DNA of 64,000 bases from Kiritimatiellia bacterium (GTDB lineage Bacteria; Verrucomicrobiota; Kiritimatiellia; RFP12; JBMNHG01): positions 1 to 64,000 of the forward strand of contig JBMNHG010000003.1 of the NCBI GenBank assembly GCA_050950285.1. The letters run 5' to 3'. This document shows positions 1-9,477 of the stretch, in pieces. The notes beneath the pieces are model-generated. The model was given only the letters and a program-made list of their open reading frames with translations. It made no database searches and had not been told where the DNA came from. The stretch's first letter is position 1; each line of letters opens with the position of its first letter. The position numbers and the translations under genes were made by a program.

Positions 1-116
1 GTAATCATGAGTGATTCTGACTATGATTTTGTCTATCGTACAGTAGTGCAACCGCGTATTGAATTGCCAGCGGAATCATCTTTTGTGATTCATGATTCGG
101 GCATGCTTTTAGAAGG

Positions 117-596
117 ATGATTGATATGAACGCTGACCCTCTTTTAAAGATTGTTTGGCAGATTGCAGAAATTGAGGCTCGTGCTTTGGGTTCTCGCACT
201 ATTGAACCTTCGCATTTTCTTCTCGGCGCATTGAAGGTGGTTGATTTGGACTTCCCCAATCAGCTCGAAGAGTTGAACCTTGCTACTGATGAGTGGAAGT
301 CGATGTGTAAGGACGCACTGAAAGTTCGACATTATCTTGATGTGATACCTGATAAGATAGGACAGGTTCGTCGTCGTTTGCGCCATCGCTTGAGGAGAAC
401 GGCGAATTCACCATTGAGCGCTAAAACAAAGATTCATCGGTCACGAAAGTCATGCGCCGCTTTCTTCGATGCGCATTGTCAGCTTCAGAATGATACCATT
501 ACATTGCTTCAGCTCATGCGTTCGATGTTTGAGTTGGACTTTTTGGATGTGGTAGATATGCGATGGAGGGGATTGACGCAATCCCAAGTTCAATAG
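117..596 (+). CDS. Clp amino-terminal (ClpA/B/C N-repeat)-like protein
   Basis: WQIAEIEARALGSRTIEPSHFLLGAL resembles the Clp_N repeat (A..EA..LG...I..EHLLLGL). 10 bp upstream of the kinase gene. Confidence 0.6.
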   Translation: MIDMNADPLLKIVWQIAEIEARALGSRTIEPSHFLLGALKVVDLDFPNQLEELNLATDEWKSMCKDALKVRHYLDVIPDKIGQVRRRLRHRLRRTANSPLSAKTKIHRSRKSCAAFFDAHCQLQNDTITLLQLMRSMFELDFLDVVDMRWRGLTQSQVQ

Positions 597-606
597 GGAG
601 CTTCTC

Positions 607-2913
607 ATGAAAACACAGTCGTTCGACGGATTCCATGTCGGCCAGCAACTTTCAGTGCCGGAGATTGATCAAAATTCGCAGTATCTTGTGGAGGCGATAA
701 TCCCTGGTGGGATGGGCGTTTGCATTAAGCTCGTGAATCTTGACACACGCAAGCCAATTGCGCTCAAAGGGATTCAGAAAGAGCTTCTTTCAGATCGTGA
801 TGCAGTTGAGCGATTTAAGAAAGAGCTGAATATTTGGTATGTGTGCGCATCGCTTGATGGAGTCGTTGATACGCACGGGATTGTGATGATTAACAACATA
901 CCGTATATGGCGTCTGAATGGTGCGCGGGTGGTGACTTGTCATCGCATTTAGGGGATATGACCGCTGCGGAAAAGATTTCTACGTTTCTGTCAATTGCTG
1001 ATGCACTTAAAGCGGTACATGACAAGTATGGCGTTATTCATCGTGACTTGAAGCCGCAGAATGTTCTTGTTGACGAACAACAGCGTCCTTTGATCTCTGA
1101 TTGGGGTTTGGCAAAGATATACGCAGATCATTCTGATCGTACAGCCAATGCAGGTATAGCCGGGCTTGGAGGGACGACGGCTGCTGGCATGGGAACGCTG
1201 TTATACATGTCTCCTGAACAATTGCGTCGAGATCCAAGCATTGATTTTCGCTCTGACATATATGCATTAGGCTGCATTCTGCACGAGTTGGAGACGGGTG
1301 AACCGCCTTATCTCGGTAGAACGCCGAGGGAGGTGGCTAATCGCCATTTTAGTGAACCACCGCCAAAGTTGGGAAGTTTCTTTCGCAGGACAAATCTTGG
1401 TCTTGAGAAGGTGATAACGCGGTGCTTGCAGAAATCCCCGGCAGATAGATATCAGTCTTACGAGGAGCTCTTGAGGGCTGTTAGTGAATGTGCCAAAAAA
1501 CGCGGAGTTGAGGAATATCCTCGCACGCGAGTTCGTTACGAGCGAGTGTTGCCGGGTTCGGGGTATGACCAGATTATCCAAAAAGAAATATCCGCATTGG
1601 ATAAAAGGCGGACAGGAGTTCTTTCCGAACAGAAATATATGGCCGTTCGTGAAGAGGCCGACATGCTTGTTGGAACAGGGCGATATACAGAGGCGATAAA
1701 GTTGTTGCGCCCTCTTATCAATGTTGAGAATGTTAGAGATCACGGACTTGTTTGGCATGTGGGAGCATCGGCCATGGAATCTTATGCCCATGCTTTAATG
1801 TTGAATGGGGAAATAGACGAGGCAGACCGGTGTTATCAAACCCTCGCCCACTTTTCGGATAAGCCTGCGGCATTCTATGTAAATCGTGCCTGCCTTTATC
1901 TGCAAAAGGGTGACTATAAAAGCATGCAGTCTGTTTGCGAGGAAGGCTTAAAGTTTTTTCCCAAAGATAAAGACATACTTGGTAACGCAGTAACGGCCTA
2001 TAGGTTGCAAGCTGATTACGAAGTTGCGTTTTCTATGTTAAAAAGGAGTATGGCATTGGGGGCAGATGTTTATGATTATGAGTGTTTGTACAATATGCTC
2101 AAGGTTCAGAGTGAAGAGTTGCGGTACACGAATCTCAATCGTTTTGCAGAAAATATGAAGAATCGCTATTTGGCGATTTCAAAGGGGTTAGCACTTAATC
2201 GAACTTTCCCAAGTCTATGCATTGCTGAAGTGGAGTTTAGATGTGCGGTGTATGAAAACGATGGCATCGGTGCGTGTGAGCAATTTTTGTCCAATAAGAA
2301 TGTAAAAGGACAGGTGCGTGAGAAGATTGTTTGTGACTTGGTTGATGCATATGTTGAATACGCACGTTTTGGAACGCCAGAGAAGGTTAGTAAGGCCATT
2401 AATGCATTAGTGCCATATTCCAACGATGAGAGTGTTTCTGTGGAAACTCGGGCACATGTACGAGATGCATATTTTTGGTTGTTATTGCAATTTGTGCCAG
2501 ACATTCGAAATGACTTAAAAGGGAAAGGCAGTCAGACGGTTGAGTGGTTGACATTGAAACAGAATGGACGATATCGAAGACCGCTTGCGGCTGTAGAGGT
2601 GCTTCATCGTTTGGGCAGAAAGTCGGAGGCTTTTGATATCCTCAATCAGTTCAAGGATGTACGAAATTGGTATGCCCATTGTTTATGGACTAGGACACTT
2701 ATCGCGGATGGGGAATATGACAAAGCAGTTGCTGTAGCATCGCATGGCACAGAGTTGATGCCAGAACATCGTGAGGTGTGGAGTATTCTTCATCATGCAT
2801 GTCTTAAGGTGAACAACGTGAAAGAGGCAAATCGTGCTTTGGCGATGGCAAAGGATACGTGGTCACGGGAGCAGGCGGTTATTACTTCGTTGCGAAAATT
2901 ATACTCACGTTAG
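607..2913 (+). CDS. Ser/Thr protein kinase with C-terminal TPR-like repeats
   Basis: Hanks-kinase motifs GGMG, IALK, IHRDLKPQN, DWG, GTLLYMSPEQ, SDIYALG; helical TPR-like C-terminal half. Confidence 0.9.
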   Translation: MKTQSFDGFHVGQQLSVPEIDQNSQYLVEAIIPGGMGVCIKLVNLDTRKPIALKGIQKELLSDRDAVERFKKELNIWYVCASLDGVVDTHGIVMINNIPYMASEWCAGGDLSSHLGDMTAAEKISTFLSIADALKAVHDKYGVIHRDLKPQNVLVDEQQRPLISDWGLAKIYADHSDRTANAGIAGLGGTTAAGMGTLLYMSPEQLRRDPSIDFRSDIYALGCILHELETGEPPYLGRTPREVANRHFSEPPPKLGSFFRRTNLGLEKVITRCLQKSPADRYQSYEELLRAVSECAKKRGVEEYPRTRVRYERVLPGSGYDQIIQKEISALDKRRTGVLSEQKYMAVREEADMLVGTGRYTEAIKLLRPLINVENVRDHGLVWHVGASAMESYAHALMLNGEIDEADRCYQTLAHFSDKPAAFYVNRACLYLQKGDYKSMQSVCEEGLKFFPKDKDILGNAVTAYRLQADYEVAFSMLKRSMALGADVYDYECLYNMLKVQSEELRYTNLNRFAENMKNRYLAISKGLALNRTFPSLCIAEVEFRCAVYENDGIGACEQFLSNKNVKGQVREKIVCDLVDAYVEYARFGTPEKVSKAINALVPYSNDESVSVETRAHVRDAYFWLLLQFVPDIRNDLKGKGSQTVEWLTLKQNGRYRRPLAAVEVLHRLGRKSEAFDILNQFKDVRNWYAHCLWTRTLIADGEYDKAVAVASHGTELMPEHREVWSILHHACLKVNNVKEANRALAMAKDTWSREQAVITSLRKLYSR

Positions 2914-2984
2914 ACGGCTGGTCGTTTTGCAGCGTTGTTGTATTTTAGAAACCTGGATTATCCCCGGTTTTTGACCCCTAAAAT

Positions 2985-3025
2985 CGACCGCACCCAATAG
3001 AATCAGGGGTGCGGTCGTGTTTTTG
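2985..3025 (+). terminator. Rho-independent terminator-like hairpin
   Basis: CGACCGCACCC...GGGTGCGGTCG stem followed by a T-run, downstream of the kinase. Confidence 0.55.
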
Positions 3026-3099
3026 TGTTGAAATAAGTGAAATTGGAGATTCCCCAATTTTTGCGGTAATTAGCATTAAACCCAAACCGATTACTCCGA

Positions 3100-4329
3100 A
3101 TGAAGTTTCCTTATGTTGATCAGCAAGCGGTCGCCCGCTTTGCAGCCATGACCGCAGATGAAGTCCGCGCCTACGAAACGGATGTGCTAAGACGCGTTGC
3201 TGATTTAGCATTGATCCCACCCCGGTTGATTCATTCCCCCGGCCCCGAATACGATGACAAAAAACTGGATTACGCCATGAATCAAAGTATCGAGCGAACC
3301 GCCAAAGGCCGACTTTGGGCGGCCTGGGTTTCGGGGGGGGACAGTCCCGATGGGTTTCTGGTTTTGAACGTCAGTGATGATAATGGAGAATCATGGTCCA
3401 AACCACAGCTCATTGTGAGAGGACACTCTGATCGTTTGCCCATCAAACGAACGGTGATGGGAGGGTGTCTTTGGATAGACCCGCTTGGGACGCTACGGCT
3501 CTATTTCTTGCAGGCTATGAACCAACAAGACGGTCGACGTGGGCTATGGTGTACCGTATGTGATAATCCCGATACCGAACAGCCAGTCTGGAGCGTTCCT
3601 CAACGCATCTGGCACGGATCCATGCTCAATAAACCTCTCGTGCTCTCTTCCGGTGAATGGCTCCTCCCCACCCAGTTCGGGGAACCCGACACGGCGCTGT
3701 TTGGGTTTGAAGGAGTATTTCCGGAATTAGCTCCTTATTACGGAGCCAACGTGCTCGTTTCAGTCGATCAGGGCAAATCCGTGTCCTGGAGGGCAACGGT
3801 GAAGCTGCCTGAAGGCATCCGCCCGTCCTGGTATGAACATATGATGGTGGAGAGGAAAGACGGCTCGATCTGGATGCTGATCCGTGCCGATGGAAATAAA
3901 ATCATGGAGAGCCTTTCTCGGGACAAGGGATGTACATGGTCATTGCCCGAAGAGGCCAAGGGCATCCGGCATGTGTACAGCCGGTTCTTCTTACGCAGAC
4001 TGCTGTCCGGACGTTTATTAATGGTAAAACACGGTGAGACCATGGAGGACCTCACGACAACGCGGTGCAAGCTCAAAGCCTTTCTTTCGGAGGATGATGG
4101 ACACACCTGGCAGGGAGGACTGATGCTCGATGAAAGAGACGAACTGGCGTATCCGGACGGGGTGCAGGCGGCTGACGGAACCATCTACATTACCTATGAC
4201 CGCAATCGGGGCCCCGATGCCAAAATCCTACTCGCTCGTTTCACTGAGAAGGATATTATGGTCGGCAAGATCACCGACCCGAATTCCAAATTGCGATTGG
4301 CCCCATGTGATTTGGGAAGCCCAGAGTAA
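3100..4329 (+). CDS. BNR/Asp-box exo-alpha-sialidase-like protein
   Basis: Asp boxes SDDNGESW, SVDQGKS, SRDKGCTW, SEDDGHTW; LAYPD and YITYDRNR motifs. Confidence 0.85.
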   Translation: MKFPYVDQQAVARFAAMTADEVRAYETDVLRRVADLALIPPRLIHSPGPEYDDKKLDYAMNQSIERTAKGRLWAAWVSGGDSPDGFLVLNVSDDNGESWSKPQLIVRGHSDRLPIKRTVMGGCLWIDPLGTLRLYFLQAMNQQDGRRGLWCTVCDNPDTEQPVWSVPQRIWHGSMLNKPLVLSSGEWLLPTQFGEPDTALFGFEGVFPELAPYYGANVLVSVDQGKSVSWRATVKLPEGIRPSWYEHMMVERKDGSIWMLIRADGNKIMESLSRDKGCTWSLPEEAKGIRHVYSRFFLRRLLSGRLLMVKHGETMEDLTTTRCKLKAFLSEDDGHTWQGGLMLDERDELAYPDGVQAADGTIYITYDRNRGPDAKILLARFTEKDIMVGKITDPNSKLRLAPCDLGSPE

Positions 4330-4755
4330 ACTGGCACCGGACTGGAGACGGCACAATAAAGCGGGGCTCATGGGTCAACCCGCCCGCGCGGGCAGGCCGA
4401 CCGCGGGTTACCTGTCGCGTTATGTCAAGCGGCAATGATAAAAAGCAGGACCGCCGGTGAGATCTTCGAAAGTGATTCCGGTTTCCGTGCCCCGGACCGG
4501 GAAGGCTTTGAGCAGCCGGTATTCTTGAGAATCCCGACCTGCTTAACTCGTCCGGGAGCATGCAATTCGATCCTGGATGCCGGTCTCCTAGCCCTAAAAT
4601 AAGGGCTCTACCAAAAAACTGAGGGTAAAAACGGACCAGTTTGATGGGGGTTGTGCACCCCCAAACCCCGCACCGCTCGCCGCGGCAGGCGTTCGGGGGG
4701 AACTTGGGTGAGGCTTGCGTGTGGGTAAAAAACGAGGCTGGCGGAACCTGGAAGG

Positions 4756-5401
4756 GCTCCTGTAAACCAGCCTGTGTTATGTATCAGATAACGATTAAAA
4801 GCGTATTGAAACGGCTGCATCCAATCAAGGGATTTGTGTATCACTCGGTGAGTTGGGATCCGTTTGCGGATGAGGTGCCCCTTCTTGGTGCTTGTCTCGT
4901 CGATCATGATCCGACGAACTTCGCTCCAATCCTTGGCTGCGTGAGCTTCCGTCACATAATGGTCAAGTAGCATCTGGGCCATTCGGGGCAACGAATGGAC
5001 CCGCACGGAACAACAACTCAAAGCCCGCCAACAATTTATTGCCAATTGCCCCAAGCTGGGACGCGCTCTTGGTCTGCGGGACTGCCTTCAGGACGTGCTC
5101 TCTATGAGCGAGGAAGAAAGTCTCAAAGGGTGGTGCAGCTGGGCTGATCGATCCCGACTGGAACCTTTTCGCAAGCTCTCCCGAACCCTCAAAACTCACT
5201 GGGACGGCATCCTCGCCTTCATGGAAACCCGACTCACTAATGCCGCTATGGAAGCCGTCAACGGAATCCTTCAGTTGGCTAAGCGAATGGCTCGTGGTTT
5301 TCGTAACTTTCATTACTTTCGTCTCGCAGCCTACCTCAAAACTGGTGGCCTTCAGCTCAATATTGCCAATGGTTGAACCCACTCAAAACGTCGAAGCGGC
5401 C
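4756..5401 (+). mobile_element. Degenerate ISL3-family IS (internally deleted, one segment inverted)
   Basis: GGCTC left end. N-terminus MYQITIKSVLKRLHPIKGFVY (+); IMIDETSTKKGH catalytic piece on the minus strand; C-terminus HWDGILAF..TNAAMEAVNGILQLAKRMARGFRN (+). Right end ACCCACTCAAAACGTCGAAGCGGCC. Confidence 0.75.
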
Positions 5402-5583
5402 GCATTTTCGGTCGACCGATCCGGCGATATTTTGCCACGACGACCGCGGCAACTAAAAAAGCCCGGGAGCTGGCCGACGAATTCCGAGCGCATGGGAGCC
5501 AGGCGACGGACCTTTCCGACACGCAGCGGGCGGATGCGGTAAAGGCGTTCAAAATGCTCGGGGGAAACGCGGGATCTCTCCTG
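5402..5583 (+). pseudogene. Possible N-terminal fragment of a phage-type tyrosine integrase
   Basis: Reads FGRPIRRYFATTTAATKKARELADEFRAHGSQATDLSDTQRADAVKAFKMLGG..SLL, reminiscent of integrase N-termini. No catalytic domain is present. Confidence 0.3.
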
Positions 5584-5599
5584 GTGGCCTTCAGCTCAA

Positions 5600-5760
5600 T
5601 CAGCAATTCTCAATATGGGATGGTTCATCGGGATCGGGATCGGGATCGGAATCGGGATCGAAATCGCCAGGATCGATGATGAAGTCGACTCCGATTCCGA
5701 TAGCGATAGCGATTTCGATGCCCTGCACGAGGTCGCGGTGGACAAATTGAGAATTGCTGA
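5600..5760. mobile_element. 161-bp MITE-like element
   Basis: Perfect 15-bp terminal inverted repeats TCAGCAATTCTCAAT / ATTGAGAATTGCTGA, CAA on both flanks, internal (GGATCG)n and (CGATAG)n hexamer repeats. Confidence 0.6.
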
Positions 5761-5862
5761 CAATCCTTAGTTGTCGAATGTCGAGACGTGACCCTGAAGC
5801 CACGAAACTTTCTTCAGGGGTATGCCGTTAGATGACACACCCTCTTTTATACACTGGTCGGC

Positions 5863-7236
5863 ATGGTGGATCAAGTCTATCGTCCGCGCCGACCCAAGGC
5901 ATCGCCCCTGTGGCAATGCCTCCAAGAGCATTTCGACCGGTTTCTGGACGCCTACGAGGAACGGTACCAGCCGCGCTACGGCTTCCTGCGCCCCATCATC
6001 CCGGAGGTGGTCAATAAGTTCCTCGACTGCGGCGACCTTGAACGCGGGTTCGCCCGCGTGCGCTGCGACGACTGCAAGCACGAGTACCTACTGGCGTTCT
6101 CCTGCAAGGGGCGCTGGTTCTGCCCGTCATGCCACCAGAAGAAAGTCCAACTCTTCGGCGCGCTGCTGTCCGAGACGATCCTGTTCCCGGTCCCGCACCG
6201 GCATTTCACCTTCGGAATCCCCAAGATGCTGCGCCCGTACTTCCGCTTCGACCGCGACCTGCTCAAGGACCTGTGCCGCCTGGCGCACGAGTGCCTGCTC
6301 GAATACCTGCGCGCCACCCTCGACCTGCCCGAGGGGCTGCCCGGCATCGTCATGGCGATCCACACCTTCGGCGAGTACCTGGACTTCCATCCCCACCTCC
6401 ACGCCTTGGTCGCCGACGGCCTCTTCGCCCGCTCGGGGTTGTTCTACTGCCTGCCCAATGTGAGCATCGAGCCGCTGGAGGAGATGTTCCGGGCGCGGGT
6501 CATCACGTTTCTGGTGGACAAGGGCCTGTTGCCGGTGGAACGGGCCAACATGCTGCGCGGCTGGGTGCATTCCGGGTTCAACGTGCATCGGAGCCGGCGG
6601 GTACTGCCCGACGAGCGCGGGGACATCGAGCGGCTGGCCCAGTACATCATCCGCAACCCCTTCGCCGTCGAAAAGATGCAGGTCACGGAGCCCAACCGCG
6701 CCAATCCGGACGGAGCGGTTATCTACCGTTCCGGCCTCAATCCGAAGATTCAGCGCAACTTCGAGGTCTTCAGTCCGTGCGACTTCATAGCGGCCATCAC
6801 CCAGCACATCCCGGATAAGAGCTTCCAGCTCGTCCGGTATTACGGCTGGTACAGCAACAAGATGCGCGGCCAGCGCGACAAACACGCCGCCGAAGAGGCC
6901 GCAGCCGCGGGCCGGGCCGTGCAGATCATCGATGTCTCCGAACACAAACCTCGCCATATCCCCTCGGCCAAGTGGCGGGAACTCATCAAGAAGGTCTGGG
7001 AAGCCGATCCGCTCTTGTGCCCGAAATGCCGGAAAGAGATGCGCATCGTTTCTCTCATCAACGAGCGCGACGTGATCGAGCGCATCCTGCGCCACATGGG
7101 CCTCTGGGAGCAGGGCGTGCGGGTCTTGCCGGCAAGGGCACCGCCTGAGGTTGCCGAATGGGTCATCGAGCCTTGCTACGATGACCCATTCCCGGACTAT
7201 GACACCGAGCCGGTCATGATGTACGCGAATGGCTGA
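5863..7236 (+). CDS. IS91-family (Y2, HUH) transposase
   Basis: Zn domain CGD..GF..VRC..C..SCKGRWFCPSC, HFTFGIP, HTFG..LDFHPHLH (HUH), LAQYIIR, LVRYYGWYS. Confidence 0.95.
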   Translation: MVDQVYRPRRPKASPLWQCLQEHFDRFLDAYEERYQPRYGFLRPIIPEVVNKFLDCGDLERGFARVRCDDCKHEYLLAFSCKGRWFCPSCHQKKVQLFGALLSETILFPVPHRHFTFGIPKMLRPYFRFDRDLLKDLCRLAHECLLEYLRATLDLPEGLPGIVMAIHTFGEYLDFHPHLHALVADGLFARSGLFYCLPNVSIEPLEEMFRARVITFLVDKGLLPVERANMLRGWVHSGFNVHRSRRVLPDERGDIERLAQYIIRNPFAVEKMQVTEPNRANPDGAVIYRSGLNPKIQRNFEVFSPCDFIAAITQHIPDKSFQLVRYYGWYSNKMRGQRDKHAAEEAAAAGRAVQIIDVSEHKPRHIPSAKWRELIKKVWEADPLLCPKCRKEMRIVSLINERDVIERILRHMGLWEQGVRVLPARAPPEVAEWVIEPCYDDPFPDYDTEPVMMYANG

Positions 7237-7360
7237 GCCCTCGCGACAGGTGCGGTGCGCCTCCAGACGGTGCCGAACTCGCCTTGTCGGGCCGTTTTAC
7301 GGTCACTCGGACTTTTTGCCCGTGGTTTGACTGGCGTTCGAATCGCGTTTGACGTCGGAC

Positions 7361-7390
7361 TTGACATCACCAGCCCGATCCTGCTACATT
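7361..7390 (+). promoter_or_regulatory. Outward-facing sigma70-like promoter inside the IS right end (also at ~10976 and ~18972)
   Basis: TTGACA-N18-TACATT, conserved in all three copies and pointing at the downstream cargo. Confidence 0.5.
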
Positions 7391-7425
7391 TCCACCATGA
7401 AAGCGCTCATTCAGACCGGTTCTAG

Positions 7426-7455
7426 CCTGTCTGCGTGCGGACACGCACAGGCAGG
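7426..7455. repeat. Short imperfect palindrome within the IS right end (all three copies)
   Basis: CCTGTCTGCGTGCGGACACGCACAGGCAGG hairpin about 40 bp inside the oriIS-like end. Confidence 0.5.
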
Positions 7456-7562
7456 CGGGCGGGTGTCCGTGCCCCTGAAAAGCGATTTCTTATCAATAAA
7501 ATTTGCTCTTTTTGTGTTATAATATGCTTACAGATAAATAGTAATTTGTAAAGGAGGTATTT

Positions 7563-8477
7563 ATGGGAATAGAACATTCGCAAAATTATTTACATAGTAA
7601 ACAACTTGTAGCGACTTTGTTATCAAAGAGTAATATTTGTAACGACGATATTATAATTGAGATAGGTCCTGGAAAAGGAATTATTACCATTGAACTTGCA
7701 AAAAAAAGCAAGCAAGTTATAGCAATAGAGTTTGATGCGAAATTAGCGAAAACTTTATCTGAAAAGTATAAAGAATCTAAAAAAGTTCAAATAATAGAGA
7801 TGGATTTTTTAAAATATAAAATATCAGTAAAAGAACCATATAAAGTATGTGCAAATATTCCATTTAACATAACTGCTGATATTGTGAAAAAGGTATTTGA
7901 AGCCGATAATCCTCCTGAAGATATATATTTCATAATGCAGTATGAGGCTTTTCTCAGGTATTCTGGACAGCCCTTTTATAACGAAAGTTTGAGGTCTCTT
8001 TTATACAAACCTTGGTTTTCCGCTGAATTGATTTATGAGTTTAAACCATCAGATTTTTATCCTGTGCCAAATGCACGAATATGTTTTGCTCACTTTCAAA
8101 GAAAAACATCTGCTGATGTTGAGGATGCGATAGACTATAGAAATTTTCTGTCATATATATTTTTAGCATCTGGAAATACTTTCAAAGATAAAACAAAAAA
8201 ATTGTTTACTTATGAGCAACAAAAACGCATTTGCAAGTTTTTAAAAATTAAATTAGAGTCAACGCTTACTGAAATCTCATACGATGGATGGCTGTACCTA
8301 TATGATGTTTTTCTTAAATTTGTTTCCAACGAAAAAAAAGCTATTATATTAAATGCTGAACAAGACATGAAAAACAATCAAAACAAGATTCAAAAAAAAC
8401 ATCGAAATCGTAATCATGGTTATTGGAAATTTGAAGCTAAGCGCCAAAAAAAATTAAAATTTGAAAATGGAAAATAA
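7563..8477 (+). CDS. erm: 23S rRNA adenine-N6 methyltransferase, Erm family (Erm(42)-like)
   Basis: SQNYL, IEIGPGKGIIT, IAIEFD, ANIPFNITA, MQYE, DFYPVP motifs. AAGGAGG RBS and TGnTATAAT upstream. Very AT-rich. Confidence 0.88.
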   Translation: MGIEHSQNYLHSKQLVATLLSKSNICNDDIIIEIGPGKGIITIELAKKSKQVIAIEFDAKLAKTLSEKYKESKKVQIIEMDFLKYKISVKEPYKVCANIPFNITADIVKKVFEADNPPEDIYFIMQYEAFLRYSGQPFYNESLRSLLYKPWFSAELIYEFKPSDFYPVPNARICFAHFQRKTSADVEDAIDYRNFLSYIFLASGNTFKDKTKKLFTYEQQKRICKFLKIKLESTLTEISYDGWLYLYDVFLKFVSNEKKAIILNAEQDMKNNQNKIQKKHRNRNHGYWKFEAKRQKKLKFENGK

Positions 8478-8624
8478 GAATTTTATCAGTAGCTATATTT
8501 CAAATTTCTATATTATTAGCAATAGTGTAAACAAAAAAGTTGACAGAAAAAAGTAATAAGTAAATCATAAATGTTGTATTATGTTAATCTGTTGCCATTA
8601 ACTTTTAAAAAATGCGAGCAGATC

Positions 8625-8938
8625 ATGAAAGAGATTGGGATTATGGATAAGTGTTTTAAGACAGGCGGGTTTTGCTACAGCTCTGATGGGCGCGGTTTGT
8701 GGAGATATGCGCTGCTTGCTGTCGCCTTGCTGGTGTTGTCGCTCGGTTTCTGGGGCTGCGCTTCCAGACAGAAAGTAGCGCGAAGTGAGATGCCAAATAT
8801 TATTTTGGTGCTGTGCGACAATCTGGGTTACGGCGATTTGAAGGTTTACAACCCCAAAGCCAAGCAGAGCACGCCGCGTATATCTCAACTGGCATCGGAA
8901 GGTATGGTCTTTCATCATGCCTATGCCGCAGCCGCAGC
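8625..8938 (+). pseudogene. 5' fragment of a lipoprotein sulfatase
   Basis: Signal peptide with FWGC lipobox, PNIILVLCDNLGYGDL, TPRISQLASEGMVF..AY; cut just before the CxPxR motif. Confidence 0.85.
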
Positions 8939-9412
8939 GATGAAGCCCGCGAGCTGCGCCCACACATCGGGGTCGATCCGCACCCGGTCCTCGGGCAGGA
9001 CGCCGACGTGCTCGCTGAGCCAGTCGGGCTCGATGGTGATTTCGCCCTCCAGCGACTCGGCGATCTTGTCCAGTACCGAGCGCATGTCCAGGTGCAGGGG
9101 CGTGCCCTCGTAGTGGGCCAGCAGCTTGCGGGCGAGACCGAAGCTGAAGGCCTCCTTGCGGCTGATTCTCACCGGCGACAGCGTGTAGGTCTCGTCGGTC
9201 AGCCGGAACCCGTGCCGGGCGTCGTCGTAGGCCAGCGGGGCGCGTTCCTCATCTCGCAGGAAGTCCAGGTCCCGCGCCACCGTGCGGCGCGAGATCTCGA
9301 ACTCGTTCATGAAGTCGCTGCTGTTGGGCAGAGAGCCGGAATCGGCGCCCTCGCGCACCATCTGGACCATGCGCCGGATGCGGTAGTATTGCGGTCTGGA
9401 ACCCGTCTTCAT
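8921..9412 (-). pseudogene. Truncated HTH-WYL transcriptional regulator, divergent from the transposase
   Basis: EFEISRRTVARDLDFLRD..APLAYD...GF is a typical wHTH of WYL/PafBC-type regulators; the sequence ends before the WYL domain. Confidence 0.8.
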
Positions 9413-9477
9413 TTTTCTCAAACTTTCTTCAGGGGTATGCCGTTAGATGACACACCCTCTTTTATACACTGGTCGGC

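Larger units (their letters stand above)
5805..7497 (+). mobile_element. IS91/ISCR-like rolling-circle element, copy 1
   Basis: Homology to copies 2 and 3 runs from AAACTTTCTTCAGGGG (5805) to ...AAAAGCGATTTCTTATCAAT (7497), an oriIS-like end. Confidence 0.85.

Noticed and set aside
2953..4350. Composite transposon around the sialidase (TGGATTATCCCCGG... and ...GGAGACGGCACA)
   Set aside because: The ends look IS-like but are not inverted copies of each other, and no transposase is present.
5600..5720. Hexamer repeats as a CRISPR array
   Set aside because: No repeat-spacer structure and no cas genes in the window.
7563..8477. Housekeeping KsgA/RsmA
   Set aside because: NIPFNIT and MQYE motifs, the long C-terminal tail, foreign composition and IS context favour Erm.
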